A program made the translations under genes and the position numbers. Source: Chiloscyllium plagiosum (lineage: Eukaryota). Taken from it: a DNA stretch of 64,000 nt. The stretch is taken from contig NC_057730.1 of assembly GCF_004010195.1 (NCBI RefSeq), positions 15,798,227 through 15,862,226 of the forward strand, in the 5' to 3' direction. The number at the start of each line of letters is the position of its first letter. Positions within the stretch are counted from its first letter, which is position 1. The notes under the pieces were generated by a model. That model saw nothing but the letters and a program-made list of their open reading frames with translations, did no database searches and was not told the origin of the DNA. Positions 35,046-49,500 of this stretch are shown piece after piece.

Positions 35046-36890
35046 TTCAAGTGGGTTCCATCAGGCAGAAGATACAAAAGGTTGAATACATATCCAACAG
35101 GTTCAAGAACAGCTTCTTCCCTGCTGTTACTCAACTTCTGAATGGATCTCAAAATTTTAAAATTTAAAATGTTGACCACACTCTTTGTGCACCTTCTTTG
35201 CAGCTGTAACATTGTATTCCTTGCTGTTACCCTAAAGCACTTTGAAGATACAGGTAATCTGCCTGTACTGCACACAAAACAAAGCTTTTCACTGTACCTA
35301 GGTATATCAGATGATAAATCAAATAAAAAAACATAATAGGCCAAAGTCTAAACAGCAGTTTACATTCTCCATGTCTACAAATCCATGAAGGAGGGGACTA
35401 GGGACATTTAACTTACTGAGATAAAACTATCAATGCAATTAGGGAAATTATTTCAAAACAAAAAATGGTTAAGAAATGCATTTTGGTAGAAGAAACGTGG
35501 ACAGACAATCCAAGCTCAACAGTACAATGTCACGAGGGACAACTTTTTAAATTGAAAAAAAACAGAGTGTGGTTCACATCCAGAACGAACTTCCTCAGGA
35601 TTTGGGTCCAATTACAGCTTGTAAAAAACATTCGGATAAGTATATGAATAGGAAAGATTTGGAGGGATATGGGCCACGAGCAGGCTGGTAGAACTAGTTT
35701 AATTTGGGATTACATTCAACACTGACCGGTCCATTTCTGTACTGTATAACCATGAAGTGAGGCTACACCTTGACAAATCATTGGTTAGACCAGGTTTACA
35801 ATATTGTGTGTTCAGTTCTGGACACCTTACTTAAGGATATTACACCCCTGGAGACAGTTTAAAGGGAAATTTACTAAAATTATACCAGAAATTAGGGATT
35901 TCAGATTAGAGAAACTGGGCCAAATCCCCTCTGTTCCAAGGAGAGGAACAGTAGACCTATAGAGGTGTTCAAAATTAAGAAAAATTTGGAAGGGGTAAAG
36001 AAAGAATATTCAGTTTTCACTAATTATGTCAGTAACTAGGGATCACAATTTCAAGATTGTTTACAAAACAGCTAGGAATGCAAAGGGGAGAAACTTCTTT
36101 ACTCTTTAGGAGAGTGGAGGCAGCAAATTCCATAGAAGATTTCAAAAGAGATATTTGAAAGTGACGAGTTTAGAGAGCTACAGAGAGATAGGCGAGTAGA
36201 ACTAGCTGGGTCACCCTTTCAGGAGCTGGTATAGACAAGATGGATTGAATGGCCTCCTTCCATACTGTAAAATCTATTATTGTAAAGGCTGCACATATTT
36301 CGAACATTGGATCTTTTCTGGTATAACGTGCTTTACTCTAAAGTGCTGGTGAGTAGACACTCCTGTTAGAGTGTATTCCTCAACGTTTGCAAACTGAATT
36401 CAAACTTAACCCAAACAGGGAAGACTTGTGCCCTCAGTTCTAAATCAGAAAATCTAAAACCTGCTTTTAGTTGACAAGAGAATTTTCAAACGTAGCTGCA
36501 TCCTAAAGGAATGAAATCTCAGACTTTTCTCCCCCCCCTCAGCAAATCACACCACAGATGTCATCCAGAGTTGGAAAAAAAAGACCTTTCCATTGAATAA
36601 CTTCACAAATTCAAGGAATTTGCTATTTGATTGCTGGTTGACAGAAATGACTACATTTTAGTGGACTCTGTAAGGAGCCTATGAAAATATATCCACATGC
36701 TCCAAATTTAAATTCACGTAAAGTGGGTTGGATCAGAATTAACTACTTTCACAAAGTTTTTTTCTGTTCAATGCTTCAACATTTTCAAAACAATAGCATA
36801 TAGAAGTTTCCCCACAGAAGGTATGCACACCACTGAAATGCATCAGGCACTATGTATTTATTAAGAAGTTATTAATAAATTTGTCTTTAC

Positions 36891-37036
36891 TCTGTAAGCC
36901 ACTTCAAAATACAGCCTCTGCAGAAGACATGCTGGCAGATGAGTTCCACAGGATCTTTGAGCACACCGTGACAGATGGTACAGATGAACTCAGGGTCAGG
37001 TACATTTTCAAACAGCTCAACATCATAACCAGAATC
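36891..37036 (-). CDS. RNF151: RNF151-like exon 2 (C3HC4 RING finger)
   Basis: ttttgatttag acceptor, gtaaag donor; 146 nt; [48 protein letters not shown]. Confidence 0.92.
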
Positions 37037-37336
37037 CTAAATCAAAAAAAACACAAACCTTTTAGATTTTATCCCAATTTGAAGAGAGAGTATTAAAGAC
37101 TGAATGAAACAGAGAAAGAGGGAGGGAAAAATAGTGTGTAAAACACTCAAATTGTAGAGGCGGAGAGATTGGAGTAGTATCATACAGGTTCTTGCTCAGA
37201 CTAAGATTGAACTCCTAGGTATCAGAAGGCAGTCATCCACTATCATCATATCACTCACCTTCATCAAGATGCATAACATAATAAGTAATGTTTATTTCAT
37301 TTAATTCAGAGATGCAGTTAGCTCCCCATGATCTGC

Positions 37337-37675
37337 CACACGGTGGCTCAGTGGTTAGCACTTACCTCACAGAGCCAGGGACTCAGGCTTGATTCCAGCC
37401 TTGGGCGACTGTCAGTGTGGAATTTGCACATTCACCCACTGTCTGTGTGGGTTTCCTCCGGGTGGTCTGGTTTCCTCGCATAATCCAAAGATTACAGGTG
37501 AGGCGAAATGGCCAGGCTAAATTGCCCATAGTGTTCAGGAATGTGTAAGTTAGGTGCATTAGTCGAGGTAAATGTAGAGTAATGGGGAATGGGTTTGGGT
37601 GGTATACTCTTCAGAAGGTCAGTGTGGACTTGATGGGCTGAAGGGTCTGTTTCCACACTGTAGGGATTCTATGAT
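37337..37675 (+). mobile_element. HE1-type SINE
   Basis: CACGGTGGCTCAGTGGTTAGCAC...GTTTCCACACTGTAGGGATTCTATG. Confidence 0.87.
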
Positions 37676-39294
37676 GAGATTCAAAGCAAAACTTTTCACC
37701 GTACTTGTGACAACAAATCAAATACACAAGTGCAAGCATATCATGAAACGGTGAGGTACTTTCCCATCTCATCCTGTACGTACTCTCTGATATATACATT
37801 TTTAACGTCAACTTGTTCAAATACAATACAGCAACTCCATGGGGAATGTGAATCCAGATCTTCTGACCCAGAGGTAGGGACAATACCATGCACAAAACCT
37901 CTGAAAATATTTTGATGTGTTTGTGGATGCTATGCCACATCTCCAGGAGAGGAGGGACTTGAAGCCAGGCCTCCTGGCTCAGAGATAGGAGACTGAGCCT
38001 GTGATTTATACTACAGGAGCTTTACAGCAACCACCTTTGATTTTCCCTCCAGTCTCCATCAGGTCCACTTCAACGCTGTCCTTTTGAAAGGACTGTTTTA
38101 ATCCACACCTCTCAAAATATTGAGGGAAGAGAGAGTTGGTGTTTAGGAAGATGGAGATGGTTTTGACATGTGAAATTTGCCCAGATTAATCCCCAGCAAA
38201 CAAAGAGAGAACCATCTGTTAGCCACTTCCCCGATAGGCTCATTACAATAACCACAGGTGTCAGGACCCAGCCAACTGGAGTGCAGCCAAGGAATTCAGC
38301 TACCCCCCCCCCATTCCTTTTCATTGTCACACAGCCTAGATAAAAGGATCTCCAATGGCTGCTACTTTCACCTTTCCCAGCATTTCTAAGGCCACAGACA
38401 GACCCATGCCCAGGCTGTGTCTTGGCAGATCAATTTATCCCACTGCACTGTTTTACCACTGTAAACACCTAATGTGCTATAGACTGATGGCTGGAATGCA
38501 GAAAGATGTCTTGAAACTGGGCAGTCACCCTCATCAGAGACCCCCTCCTTCCTCAGAGCAGATAATTTAATAACAGCCAGGAAATCCATCTGCAAACTGT
38601 GCGAGGGCTTTAAGGGGAGAAATGTTCAACACCAGACAAAACCTGGTATAACAAAAAAATCATAATCCTTCAACTGCCACACCCCCCCCCAAATTCTCTT
38701 GAACAAGTCCTTCTCCGTTTAGATGTGTCTGGGAAGCACGCAATAGAAGATCTGTTTAAACAAAAAAAAAATTACTCTGGGTGAGAGATCTTAAAATCTA
38801 TTCAATTTTAGCATGGAGGACAAGGATGTCAGAACGCATATGCATTGTAACCCCTCCCATCCAGAACCTAACCTCAACTGGTGACAAGGATCTGGGTTTA
38901 GTGGCGAGTGTCTGCTTAACCGAGACCATGACCTCCTTTTTCACTTCCACCTCTGGAGCGCACACACCAGCATTGCTGCTCGGTAACGGGTTTGCTTTCA
39001 GTGACATGATCTCACAATTACTGTCCAATCAGTACTAGAGGCTGCAGCTATCACTGTTCACAGTTGGTCTAATTGAATCCAGAGGATGTGGGTACGGTTA
39101 CAATGTTTAAAAAGACATTTTAGATAAATACATGACTAAGTAGTGGTTATGCAAGGGTCAGGTGGTCTGCTTCAGAGGAGACACCACATAGTTGTCAAAC
39201 TAATTCTCTTAGAATCCATTATGGACATCTGTTAGCAGTGGGGATACCCTATTTAACATACCAGGTGAAGAACATAGGGCCATAGGGTAATTTA

Positions 39295-39715
39295 AGCACA
39301 GAAACAGACCTTTTGGCCCAACCAGTCCAAGCTGACCATGTTGCCGAACTAAACCAGTCCCACCTGCCTCTGCTTAGCCTATATCCACCTCTAAACATTT
39401 CTTATTCAGGTGCTTATCTAAATATCTGTTAAACATTGTAACTGTACCCATATTAACCACTTTCTCTGGAAGTTCATTCCATACATGAACCGTGTAATAA
39501 AAAAAGTCTAAAAACTCTCCCCTCTCACCCTAAATATACACCCCCTCGTCTTGAAATCCCCCAGAGGGAAAAAAGACACCTTCCATTAACCCTATCTATA
39601 CCCCTCATGATTTTATAAACCTCTAAAAAAGGCCACCCCTCAACCTCCTACGCTCCAGTGAAAACAGTCCCAGCCTCTCCTTGTAATTCAAACCCTCCAT
39701 TGCCTGCAACAATCT
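39295..39715 (-). mobile_element. CR1 3' fragment
   Basis: Similar to the 28.65-29.05 kb copy. Confidence 0.75.
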
Positions 39716-39759
39716 ACTTACTTTGACTTAAAAAAAAGGGCAGACAACAAAAAGACAAA

Positions 39760-40098
39760 TCATAGAATCCCTACAGCGTGGAAGCAGGCTATTTGGCCCA
39801 TCAAGTCCACACCAACCCTCTGAAGAGCATCCCACCCCTCCACCCAATCCCTGCATTTCTCATGGCTAACTCACCTAATCTACACATCCCTGAACACCAT
39901 GGATAATTTCCCACAGCCAATCCACCTAACCTGTACATCTTTGGACTGTGGGCAGCAACTGGAGCACCAGGAGGAAACCCACACAGACAGGGAGAATGTG
40001 CAAACTCCACACGGACAGACAGTCGCCCAAGGCTAGAATCGAGCCCGGGTCCCTGGCACCATGAGGCAGCAATGCTAACCACTGAGCAATCATGCCAC
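39760..40098 (-). mobile_element. HE1-type SINE
   Basis: Same head, core and tail on the - strand. Confidence 0.85.
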
Positions 40099-41149
40099 AT
40101 TAAAGCCAAATTAAAGTTAGGATTAAAAGCCATCTCTTTGGGTTATTCAATGACAACAAGAGGCAGCATTTTAAGCACTGCAGATGTAAACATAATCTGT
40201 TAACATTATTATAAGTTTAAATAAATGCATCCTAAATGGACTTCCATCTCATCATGTGGAGGCTGGTACAATGACAACATTTAAAAGGCATCTGGATGGG
40301 CATATGAATAGGAAGGGTCAAGGGGGATATGGGTCAAATACTGGTAAATGGGACTAGATTAACTTAGGATATCTGGTCGGCACGGACAAGCTAGACCTCA
40401 TGGTCTGTTCCTTTGCTGTGCATCTCTATGACTCTGTATGTAGGGAATCCAATTTGGAGTAAAGAATGATAGAACATGGCTGAAAGCCATAACAAATTAA
40501 AAGGTCCAAAGAGACTTGAGTGTCCATGGACAAAAATCAATAAAACACACTGAACAGATACAGAAAATAAATCAAGGTGCCGAGTGGAATGCTGGCCATT
40601 GCACCTTGAGGGTTGAATGAGAAATTTCCATTAAGCTTAATAACACAAAGGTCTGATCAGGCAATACCTGATGTTCATAGAAACAGGCCATTTCGCCCAA
40701 CAAGTCCACACCGACTATCCGAAGTGTAACCTACACAGACCCGTGCCCCTACCCTATATTTACTCCTGACTAATGCACCTAACCGACATCCCTGAACATC
40801 ATGGCCAATTTAGCATGGCCAATCCACTTAACATGCCCATCTTTGGACTGTGCCTTCTTTATGCAGTGCAAAGCATCTCACCCTGCATATAATTGGTCTC
40901 GGAGGGAGTGCAGCATAGATCAACCAGAATGATTCCTGGACTTAAACGCTACAAGGCAAGACTATACACACCCCAACATTGAATTCTCTAGAATCAACAG
41001 CTTCTCCAATCAACATTTGAGATGTTTAATGAGACCTGGTAGTTTCTAACTGCCCCATCCGTCAGCTGTGGAATCCAGACTTCAGGGACAGAGTCTAAAA
41101 TTTAGAGTCAGACCTATCAGGAGTGAAATTAAGCAACAAATCTAACTAG

Positions 41150-42640
41150 CGTTTGTGAAAATGAAAGTTAATGTTTCAGGTCCAATGACCCTTCTGCAGA
41201 ACAGCTAGGAAAATATGTATGTCGATTTTGCTGCTCCTCGGGTGCTGCCTGAACCGCTGTGCACTTCCAGCACCACTAATCCAAAATCTGGTTTCCAGCA
41301 TCTGCAGTCATTGTTTTTACCTAGGAAAATGTGTCAGTTTATGCGCAGAAGATAGGGGACAGGGAGGAAATGATAGGTGGGGAGAGAAGAAGAGTTGGAC
41401 AAAGGAGTGGTTAATGATGTGGCTGGGAGGATGAATAGCTGTTGATGGAGACTGTTAGCTGCTAACAAAAGGTAGTGTGTAATGGCAGACAATATAATCG
41501 CAAGGCCTGGTATGAGAGGTAGGGGGCTAGGACATGGGGTAGCTCAGGCCCGAAGATGATTGAACACGAGAAAGTCTGGAGGGCTGCAGGGTTCCCAAGC
41601 GGAAAGTGAGGTGTTGTTCTTTCAGCTTGCACGGAGCTTCACTGGAGCACTGCAGCAAGCCCAAGACCAGATGTTGGCCAGGGAACAGGGAGGGGTGTTA
41701 AAGTGGCAGGCAACTGGAAGCTCAGGGTCTTTTTTGCAGGCAGGATGTAGATGTTCTGCAAAGCGGTCACCCAGAATACGCTTCATTTTCCCAAATGTAG
41801 ATGAGACCGCACTGTGAATAGCGAATGCAGTAGACTAGGTTCTGTGAAATGCAGGTAAAGCGTTGCTTCACCTGGAAGGTGTGTTTGGACCCTTGGATAC
41901 TGAGGAGGGAGGAGGTAAATGAGCAGGTGAAGGTGCTGTTTGGGAGCACAGGGTGGGGAAGATGGTAGGAGAGAGAGGGTGTTGGAAGTAAAAAAAAACA
42001 AAAGAGTGGACCAGCATGTTCCTGACGGAGTGGTCCCTGCTGAAGGCACATAAGAGAAGGGAGGGGGGAGTAGGTGTCCGGTGGTGGCATCTCACTGGAG
42101 GTGGCAGCTGATGATCTTCTGGATGCTGGTGGGATGATAGGTGAGGACAAGGGGAACCCTATCGCTGTTGCGGGAGGAGAGAGAGGGGTGAGGGTGGAAG
42201 TGCGGAAGACCGGCTGGACCTAATTGAGGGCCCTGTCAACTATATAGTGCTGGGGAATCCTCAGTTGAGGAAGAAGGTGGATATTTAAGAGGCTTCCTTG
42301 GTGAGGTTGGTATCAGAACAAATACAACAGAGATGGAGGAACTGGGAGAATAGAATGGAGTCTTTACAGGAAACAGGGTGTGATGATGAAAAGTGCAGAT
42401 AGATGTGGGATGCGGTGAGTTTATCGCAGATGAATGAGCATTTATCCCCAGAAATTGAAACAGATGTTGATGAAGGGAAGGGAGGAGTTGGAGATAGACC
42501 AGGCAAAAGTGCGGCTCGGGTAGAAATTGGAAAATCAAGAAATCTTTCCAATTTCGGACAGGACGGGGAAGCACTACCTATGATATCATCGATATTTCGG
42601 AAAAGGATTCATGGGTGGGGGCCAGAATAGGACTGGAACC
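41150..42640 (-). mobile_element. Degenerate Penelope-like element with a nested terminal-repeat fragment (about 41220-41320)
   Basis: Minus-strand GIY-YIG remnant VKQRFTCISQNLVYCIRYSQCGLIYI; similarity to the 6.1-7.2 kb element; CTAGGAAAAT(A/G)TGT duplicated around the nested insert. Confidence 0.8.
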
Positions 42641-42725
42641 TTTTCCACAGTTCTCTGTTTTTAACCAAGAGTTAGTGTTTATAACTTTCTTCCACAATCA
42701 ACTGTCGATGCCCGATTATAGGTTA

Positions 42726-43220
42726 GGAGTCATACAGCACAGAAACAGACTCTTCGGTCCAACCAGTCTATGCCAAACATAATCCCAAACTAAATGAATC
42801 CCACTTGCCTGCATTTGGCCCAAATCCCTCCAAACCTTCCCTGTGTACTTATCCAAATTAAACATTGTAACAGTACCCACGTCCAACACTTGCCCAGGAA
42901 GTTATTCCACATACAAACAACCTTCAAAAATTTGCTCATGTCTTTTTTAAATCCCTCTCCTCACCTTAAAAAATTCCAGAGTCTCAAATTCCCCCATAGA
43001 GAAACTCACCCTTTACACCTTGTGATTTTAAAATTCAACTATAAAGAGGTCACCCCTCAACCTCCTATGCTCCAGCAAAAATAGTCCCGGTCTATCCTTT
43101 TAACTCAAACCCTCCATTCCTGGCAACGTCCTAGTAAATCACTTCTGAATCCTCTCCAGCTTAATATCGTTCCTGCAACAGAGAGACCAGAACGGGACAC
43201 AGTACTCCAGAAGAGGTCTT
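42726..43220 (-). mobile_element. CR1 3' fragment
   Basis: RPLLEYCVPFWS..KLERIQK plus 3' UTR. Confidence 0.8.
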
Positions 43221-43289
43221 TTGTGCTTGTTTGATTTTAATTTTAAAATGACAATTGATTTTTGTAAATTAGACACATGAAAGGCTAGC

Positions 43290-43480
43290 GAGTTTGGAGA
43301 AGATTTGTATCTCAGGTTGATGTAAGTTTGCTCGCTGAGCTGCAAAGTTCATTTTCAGGTGTTTTGTCACCATACTAGGTATCATCTGGAGCTTCACTGA
43401 AGGCTCACTGATGTTGGTGACTATGGTGACAAAGCATTTGAAAGTGAACCTTCCAGCTCTGAGTAAACTTTCATCCACAT
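43290..43480 (-). mobile_element. Family 2 palindromic element, degenerate
   Basis: Same tail GAGAAGATTTGTA and arms as 27580-27794. Confidence 0.75.
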
Positions 43481-43714
43481 AACACCTATGAAAAAAATGC
43501 AAGCATATGGAATTAGGTTACTGAATGATGCAATAAAACAGTCTACTCTTGTTCCTATGCTTGCTCTCCCTAAAGCACTAAGACAACCAGAGGAGCAGAA
43601 GGCAACATGAATAACACTTCCTACAAACTCCAGCTGTGAAGGAAACATTGGCAGAGGCGACTGTGTTCGAGATTCCTGTGGACTGTTTTAATGGTTCCCC
43701 ACAGAGTGCCTGCA

Positions 43715-44177
43715 ATCACCTCACCACCCAACATTTCAACTCCCCCTCCCACTCTGCCGAGGGCATAGAGGTCCTGGGTCTCCTTCACCGCCGCTCCCTC
43801 GCCACCAGACGCCTGCAGGAAGTACGCCTGATTTTCCACCTCGGAACACTTCAACCCCAGGGCATCAATGTGGCCTTCAACAGTTTCCTCATTTCCCCTT
43901 CCGCCACCTCACCTCCAAACTTCCAGCTCAGCACTGTCCCCATGACTTGTCCTACCTGCCTATCTCTTTTTCCACCTATCCACCTTCATCTCCTCCCCCA
44001 CTCACCTATTGTACTCTATGCTACTCTCTCCCCACCCCTACCCTCCTCCAGCTTATCTCTCCACGCTTCAGGCTCTCTGCCTTCCTGATGAAGGGCTTTT
44101 GCCCAAAACATCGATTTTGCTGCTCCTCAGATGCTGCCTGAACTGCTGTGCATTGCCAGCACCACTAATCCAGAATC
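43715..44177 (+). mobile_element. Penelope-like 3' fragment with terminal repeat
   Basis: QHFNSPSHS..VLGLLH..RRLQEVRLIFHLGTLQPQGIN; decayed hammerhead CTGATGAAGGGCTTTTGCCCAAAACATC at about 44085. Confidence 0.85.
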
Positions 44178-45642
44178 CATTTACTGTAAAGGAGTTTAGC
44201 AATGAAAAACTTCTGTTTTATTAGTTGCAGGGAGTTAGAAAGCAAATGAGACATAACTATTGGTACTGAGACACAGATGATGACAGACAAAATTGTTTTT
44301 CTGGCTATCTACCCCCTAACAGCAAACAATTGACATGTGAACCTTCGGTTGTTACTGGAGAACAGTCATTGGGAGAGTCAGATTGAAATCATGGGAAGCT
44401 ATGCATCACAATAAGATGCCACAGAGAGACCAGGAAATACAGACAATAAACTGTAGGAGATAAAGCATGAACTGGTTCAGCTGATTTTAATAAGTTATCC
44501 AGAAGCGCACAGGGTGGAAAAAAAAAGTTTAGTCCTGTGCTCATGTTGAAAGAGTAGCCAAAAGCAGAGAGATGTGGAACTAGCAAGGATTGAGCTCAAT
44601 CGAGTGCAGAACCCACCCCCCTAACTCTAAATCAGGTCAAGAATTACAAATTAGGAGCTTTGCATCAAATGGTGCCTTGACAATTCAAAGTTGATGCTGC
44701 CAAGCTATTGAAATCGGGTAAATAGTTTACACCGTGGAATATTGTTTCTATACATTGTTCATGGTAACCCTGGAGGTCCGAAGTAGTAACGTGTAGCAAT
44801 TCACCTGGCCGTTCTTATAACGGGCAGCTCTTGAGAGAGCAATTTAAACGCAAGCAAATCAAGAATAACTGCAGTTACTTGTAATTCCAGACAGCAACTT
44901 TACATTTAAGAAATAAATGTAATGAGAGAGAATCAGACATTAGAATTCGTAACTTTCCAGCCCTTAGAAAAAAAATACAAATCAACTTTCGGTTTTTATT
45001 TAACTGGCTTTGAAGAGGTATTTTAGCATCTGTAAAACATTACAGGTTAAAGTTTAATCGAATTACCGGCACATGAAGGAGACGCCCATATTCTGTCAAG
45101 TACTATCTCGCCACACACACACACACACAAATCCAACTATATTTTACAAGTTATCACATTCCCTGTACAAAAAGAAACGGAAGGCTCTAAAAAACGCGAG
45201 AAATAAAGCAGCATTGGGATGGGCAGTAAGGGGGGGGGGGCAAGATACAGACGGAGACAGGAAAGTTCAGATGGGTGTATAAACCCTGGAAGTTGTTCGC
45301 TCCCTGCATAAAGCTCTGTCTCTTAAGCAGAATACTAGTGACTTTTTAACACCGCCACCAGCTTAACTTTTAAAAAAAAAAGTTACTCAATGACGGACAC
45401 AAGCCTGGTTTTCACGGAATGACTAACAGACTAGGCACAGCAGTACTTTGGTACAATTTATTCTGGTTTTCTACTTCAAATAACCAGCATTACCAAGTAA
45501 ACCAAAAAAGAACTCAACAAAATGCTGGAAGCTAGAAACAAAGGCAGAAATAGCTCAGCGGGTCTGGCAGAACCTATGAAGAGAAAAGAAAATTAACTGC
45601 AGGAGGTGCAATGACCCTCCTGCAAAAGCCATTGCCAAGTAC

Positions 45643-45669
45643 CTGCAACGCTTCCTCATCCCAATCCAT
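45643..45669 (-). CDS. RNF151: RNF151-like candidate first coding exon (MDWDEEALQ)
   Basis: ATG at 45669, phase 0 CAG|gtactt donor compatible with exon 2; lies in non-repeat, mildly CpG-containing sequence; no homology support. Confidence 0.5.
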
Positions 45670-46509
45670 ATCGCTCCAACCCATCCAATGTGCAGCCACC
45701 GGCTGGAAATGCGTCCTTTTTCTGCAGTCACATGATAACACCCTACTCTCCAATCACATCTCCCCGTTACCTGGTTGATAATTGCAACGAAACGTGCTTT
45801 TGTGAAAACAAAAAGTGCCTCCGCAGGAAACTTCTCTTTCTCTGGCCATTGATGCTGATCTGGAGGATGCGTTTTGTACTCTCAATATAACAAAATAAAC
45901 ACAACACAGAAACACATGGAAATGCAATAGAATGGAATTCTATTGAGTACAATAGGACTGCAGTGAATGCTTTGAACTGTGGTAGATTGCACCAGAAGCC
46001 TGGTGAAAGTGTTATCTTCTTTTATCTTCTACTTATTCACTGAAGGTAATGCTTAACTTTCATAACTTTGTTTTTTTTTGTGCTGAGGTACCTTTGTATT
46101 TAAGTTGACACTGTGTGTGGCAACATTACATATGTCTCACTGTACCCCTGCACATTTGTACTTGAGTATATGTGATAATACAATATCTAAATCGAAATCG
46201 AAGGCTTTTTTGGCAGAAAAAGCTACCTTTCCAAACAAACAGTCCTTATCTTTGTTGGAACTTAACGATAGCAGACTTGTCATCCTCTATAAGCTGTTAT
46301 GCAATTCAATAAGATCTTGACTGATATGTATTTTATTTCAATTGACCTGCTTTGATTCTTTAATAACCTTACTGACAAAAATCTATGGTTCTATATTGTT
46401 AATTCATCCAGACTCAACAGAGACAAAGAATCCTGGAAAGCAATTAGACTGCATTTTGCTCTTCTCCACATTTTCAAACAAAAAAAATGCTTTCGGACTG
46501 AATTGATTT

Positions 46510-49500
46510 TTTTAAAAAAAAATCACAGCTGCTCCTTTATTGAGGTACTTTAGGCATTGGAGGTGATTTCCTCGAATTCCAGGAGCAGCAATTACTGTTT
46601 CACATGCTGTTGCATTGTTTTGGAACTTTGGAAAAATGATGTCAAAACAACAGCAGTTTTAAAAGGGATAAGAACAGACAAAGGAAGCACATGGTGAGGA
46701 CAGTGCAGGAGAGGGAGAGAAAGAAACTGACACTACAGTGAACCTGCACAGTTACTGCCTTTGCTGTTTGAATTCATGTATCGCTGGACATCGGAGTGCA
46801 TCTGGGAAGATTAACAAACAGTGAAATTCACAAATAATCTTGGAGGAACTGTTTGGGCAAAGTTCACAGCACAGAAGCAGATAAGTGTATTGTTTTTAAG
46901 TGGGACCTACAGAAAGTCTGCCGTAGTGAGTAGAGTGGGTTCTTTCTTGATTATATGCATTTTGAGATATGTCTCTTGATTAATCTTAAAATATAAGCCA
47001 TAACCATTAATTTAACCTGGAGCAGTGTTTTGTAGAGGAATAAGACGGTGTTATTTTCTGGGTCTGTAGATTGTGATGGAGCAAAAATGGCCTTTAGTAG
47101 GGTGATATGCATTTCTTGTCAGATGTGGGAGTTTAAAGAGAGTTAAGGGTTATATCTGCAACAAATGCTGTTGGTTACGAATCTTATCAGATCGAATGGA
47201 TCGGTTGGAGAGACAGTTAGAAGCAATGAGGAATTTGCAACAGCAACAGCATGTGATGAATGGCAGTTATCGGAAGGGGGAAAGTCTCAGATACAGTCAC
47301 ATGGATGGGTTAACTCCAGGAAGGGTGAGACAGGTAGGCAGCTAGTGCAGGAACCTTCCGTGGCTATACCCATTTCAAACAAGTTTGCTGTTTTGGAAAA
47401 TGTAGGAGGTGATGGATTCTCAGGGGATTGTAGCACGAACAGCCAGGTTTCTGGTATTGAGACTGGCTCTAAGGCAATGAGGGGTACGTCGGGTTCCAAG
47501 AGATCAATTGTGTTAGGGGACTCTCTAGTCTGAGGTACAGACAGATGTTTCTGTGACCAGCAGCGAAAAATTAGAATGGTGTGTTGCTTCCCTGGTGCTA
47601 GGATCAAGGATGTCTCAGAGTGGGTGCAGAATGTTCTCACGGGGGAGAGGGGCCAGCAAGAGGTCATTGTCCACATTGGAACCAATGATATAGGAAGAGA
47701 AAAGGTTGAGATTCTGAAAGGAGATTACAGAGAGTTAGGCAGGAATTTAAAAAGGAGGTCCTCAAGAGTAGTAATATCTGGATTACTCCTAGTGCTACAA
47801 GCTAGTGAGGGCAGGAATAGGAGGATAGAGCAGATGAATGCATGGCTGAGGAGCTGGTGTATGGGAGAAGGATTCACATTTTTGGACTATTGGAATCTCT
47901 TTTGGGGTAGAAGTGACCTGTACAAGAAGGACGGGTTGCACCTAAATTGGAAGGGGACTAATATACTGGCAGGGATATTTGCCAGAGCTGCTCGGGAGGA
48001 TTTAAACTAGAAAGGTGGGGGGCGGGGGAAGGTGGGACCGAGAGAGATAGTGTGGGGAAAGACATCGATCTGAGACGGGTACAGTTGAGAACAGAAGTGA
48101 GTCAAACAGTCAGGGCAGGCAGGGACAAGGTAGGACTAATAAATTAAACTGCATTTATTTCAATGCAAGGGGCCTAACAGGAAGGCAGATGAACTCAGGG
48201 CATGGGACTGGGATATCATAGCAATTACCAGAAACATGGCTCAGGGATGGGCAGGACTGGCAGCTTATTGTTCCAGGATACAAATGCTACAGGAAGGACA
48301 GAAAAGGAGGCAAGAGAGGAGGGGGAAGTGGCATTTTTGATAAGGGATAGCAATACAGCTGTGCTGAGGGAGGTTATTCCCAGAAATACATCCAGGGAAA
48401 TTATTTGGGTGGAACTGAGAAATAAGAAAGGGATGATCACCTTATTGGGATTGTATTATAGACCCCCTATTGGTCAGAGGGAAATTGAGAAACAAACTTG
48501 TAAGGAGATCTCAGCTATCTGTAAGAATAATAGGGCAGTTATGGTAGGTGATTTTAACTTTCCAAACATCGACTGGGACTGCCATAGTGTTAAGGGTTTA
48601 GATGGAGAGGAATTTGTTAAGTGTGTACAAGAAAACTTTCTGATTCAGTATGTGGATGTACCTACTAGAGAATGTGCAAAACTTGATCTACTCTTGGGAA
48701 ATAAGGCAGGGCAGGTGACTGAGGTGTCAGTGGGGGAGCACTTTGGGGCCAGCGACCATAATTCTATTAGATTTAAAATAGTGATGGAAAAGGATAGAAG
48801 AGATCTAAAAGCAGAAGTTCTAAATTGGAGAAGGGCCAATTTTGACGGTATTAGGCAAGAACTTTCAAAAGCTGATTGGGGGCAGATGTTCGCAGGTAAA
48901 GGGACGGCTGGAAAATGGGAAGGCTTCAGAAATTAGATAACGAGAATCCAGAGAAAGTACATTCCTGAAAGGGTGAAAGGGAAGGCTGGTAGGTATAGGG
49001 AATGCTGGATGACTAAAGAAATTGAGGGTGTGGTTAAGAAAAAGAAGGAGTCATGTGTAACAGGATAGATCGAGTCAATCCTTAGAAGAGTATAAAAGCA
49101 GCAGGAGTATACTTAAGAGGGAAATTAGGAGGGCAAAACGGGGACATGAGATAGCTTTGGCAAATAGAATTAAGGAGAATCCAAAGGGTTTTTACAAATA
49201 TATTAAGGACAAAGGGGTAACTANNNNNNNNNNNNNNNNNNNNNNNNNNNNNNNNNNNNNNNNNNNNNNNNNNNNNNNNNNNNNNNNNNNNNNNNNNNNN
49301 NNNNNNNNNNNNNNNNNNNNNNNNNNNNNNNNNNNNNNNNNNNNNNNNNNNNNNNNNNNNNNNNNNNNNNNNNNNNNNNNNNNNNNNNNNNNNNNNNNNN
49401 NNNNNNNNNNNNNNNNNNNNNNNNNNNNNNNNNNNNNNNNNNNNNNNNNNNNNNNNNNNNNNNNNNNNNNNNNNNNNNNNNNNNNNNNNNNNNNNNNNNN

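Noticed and set aside
37337-37400. tRNA-like sequences at SINE heads
   Set aside because: They continue into SINE core and CR1-like tail with no complete cloverleaf; not tRNA genes
38781-39038. Overlapping 76-85 aa ORFs in RNF151 intron 1
   Set aside because: No recognisable motif or convincing splice signals
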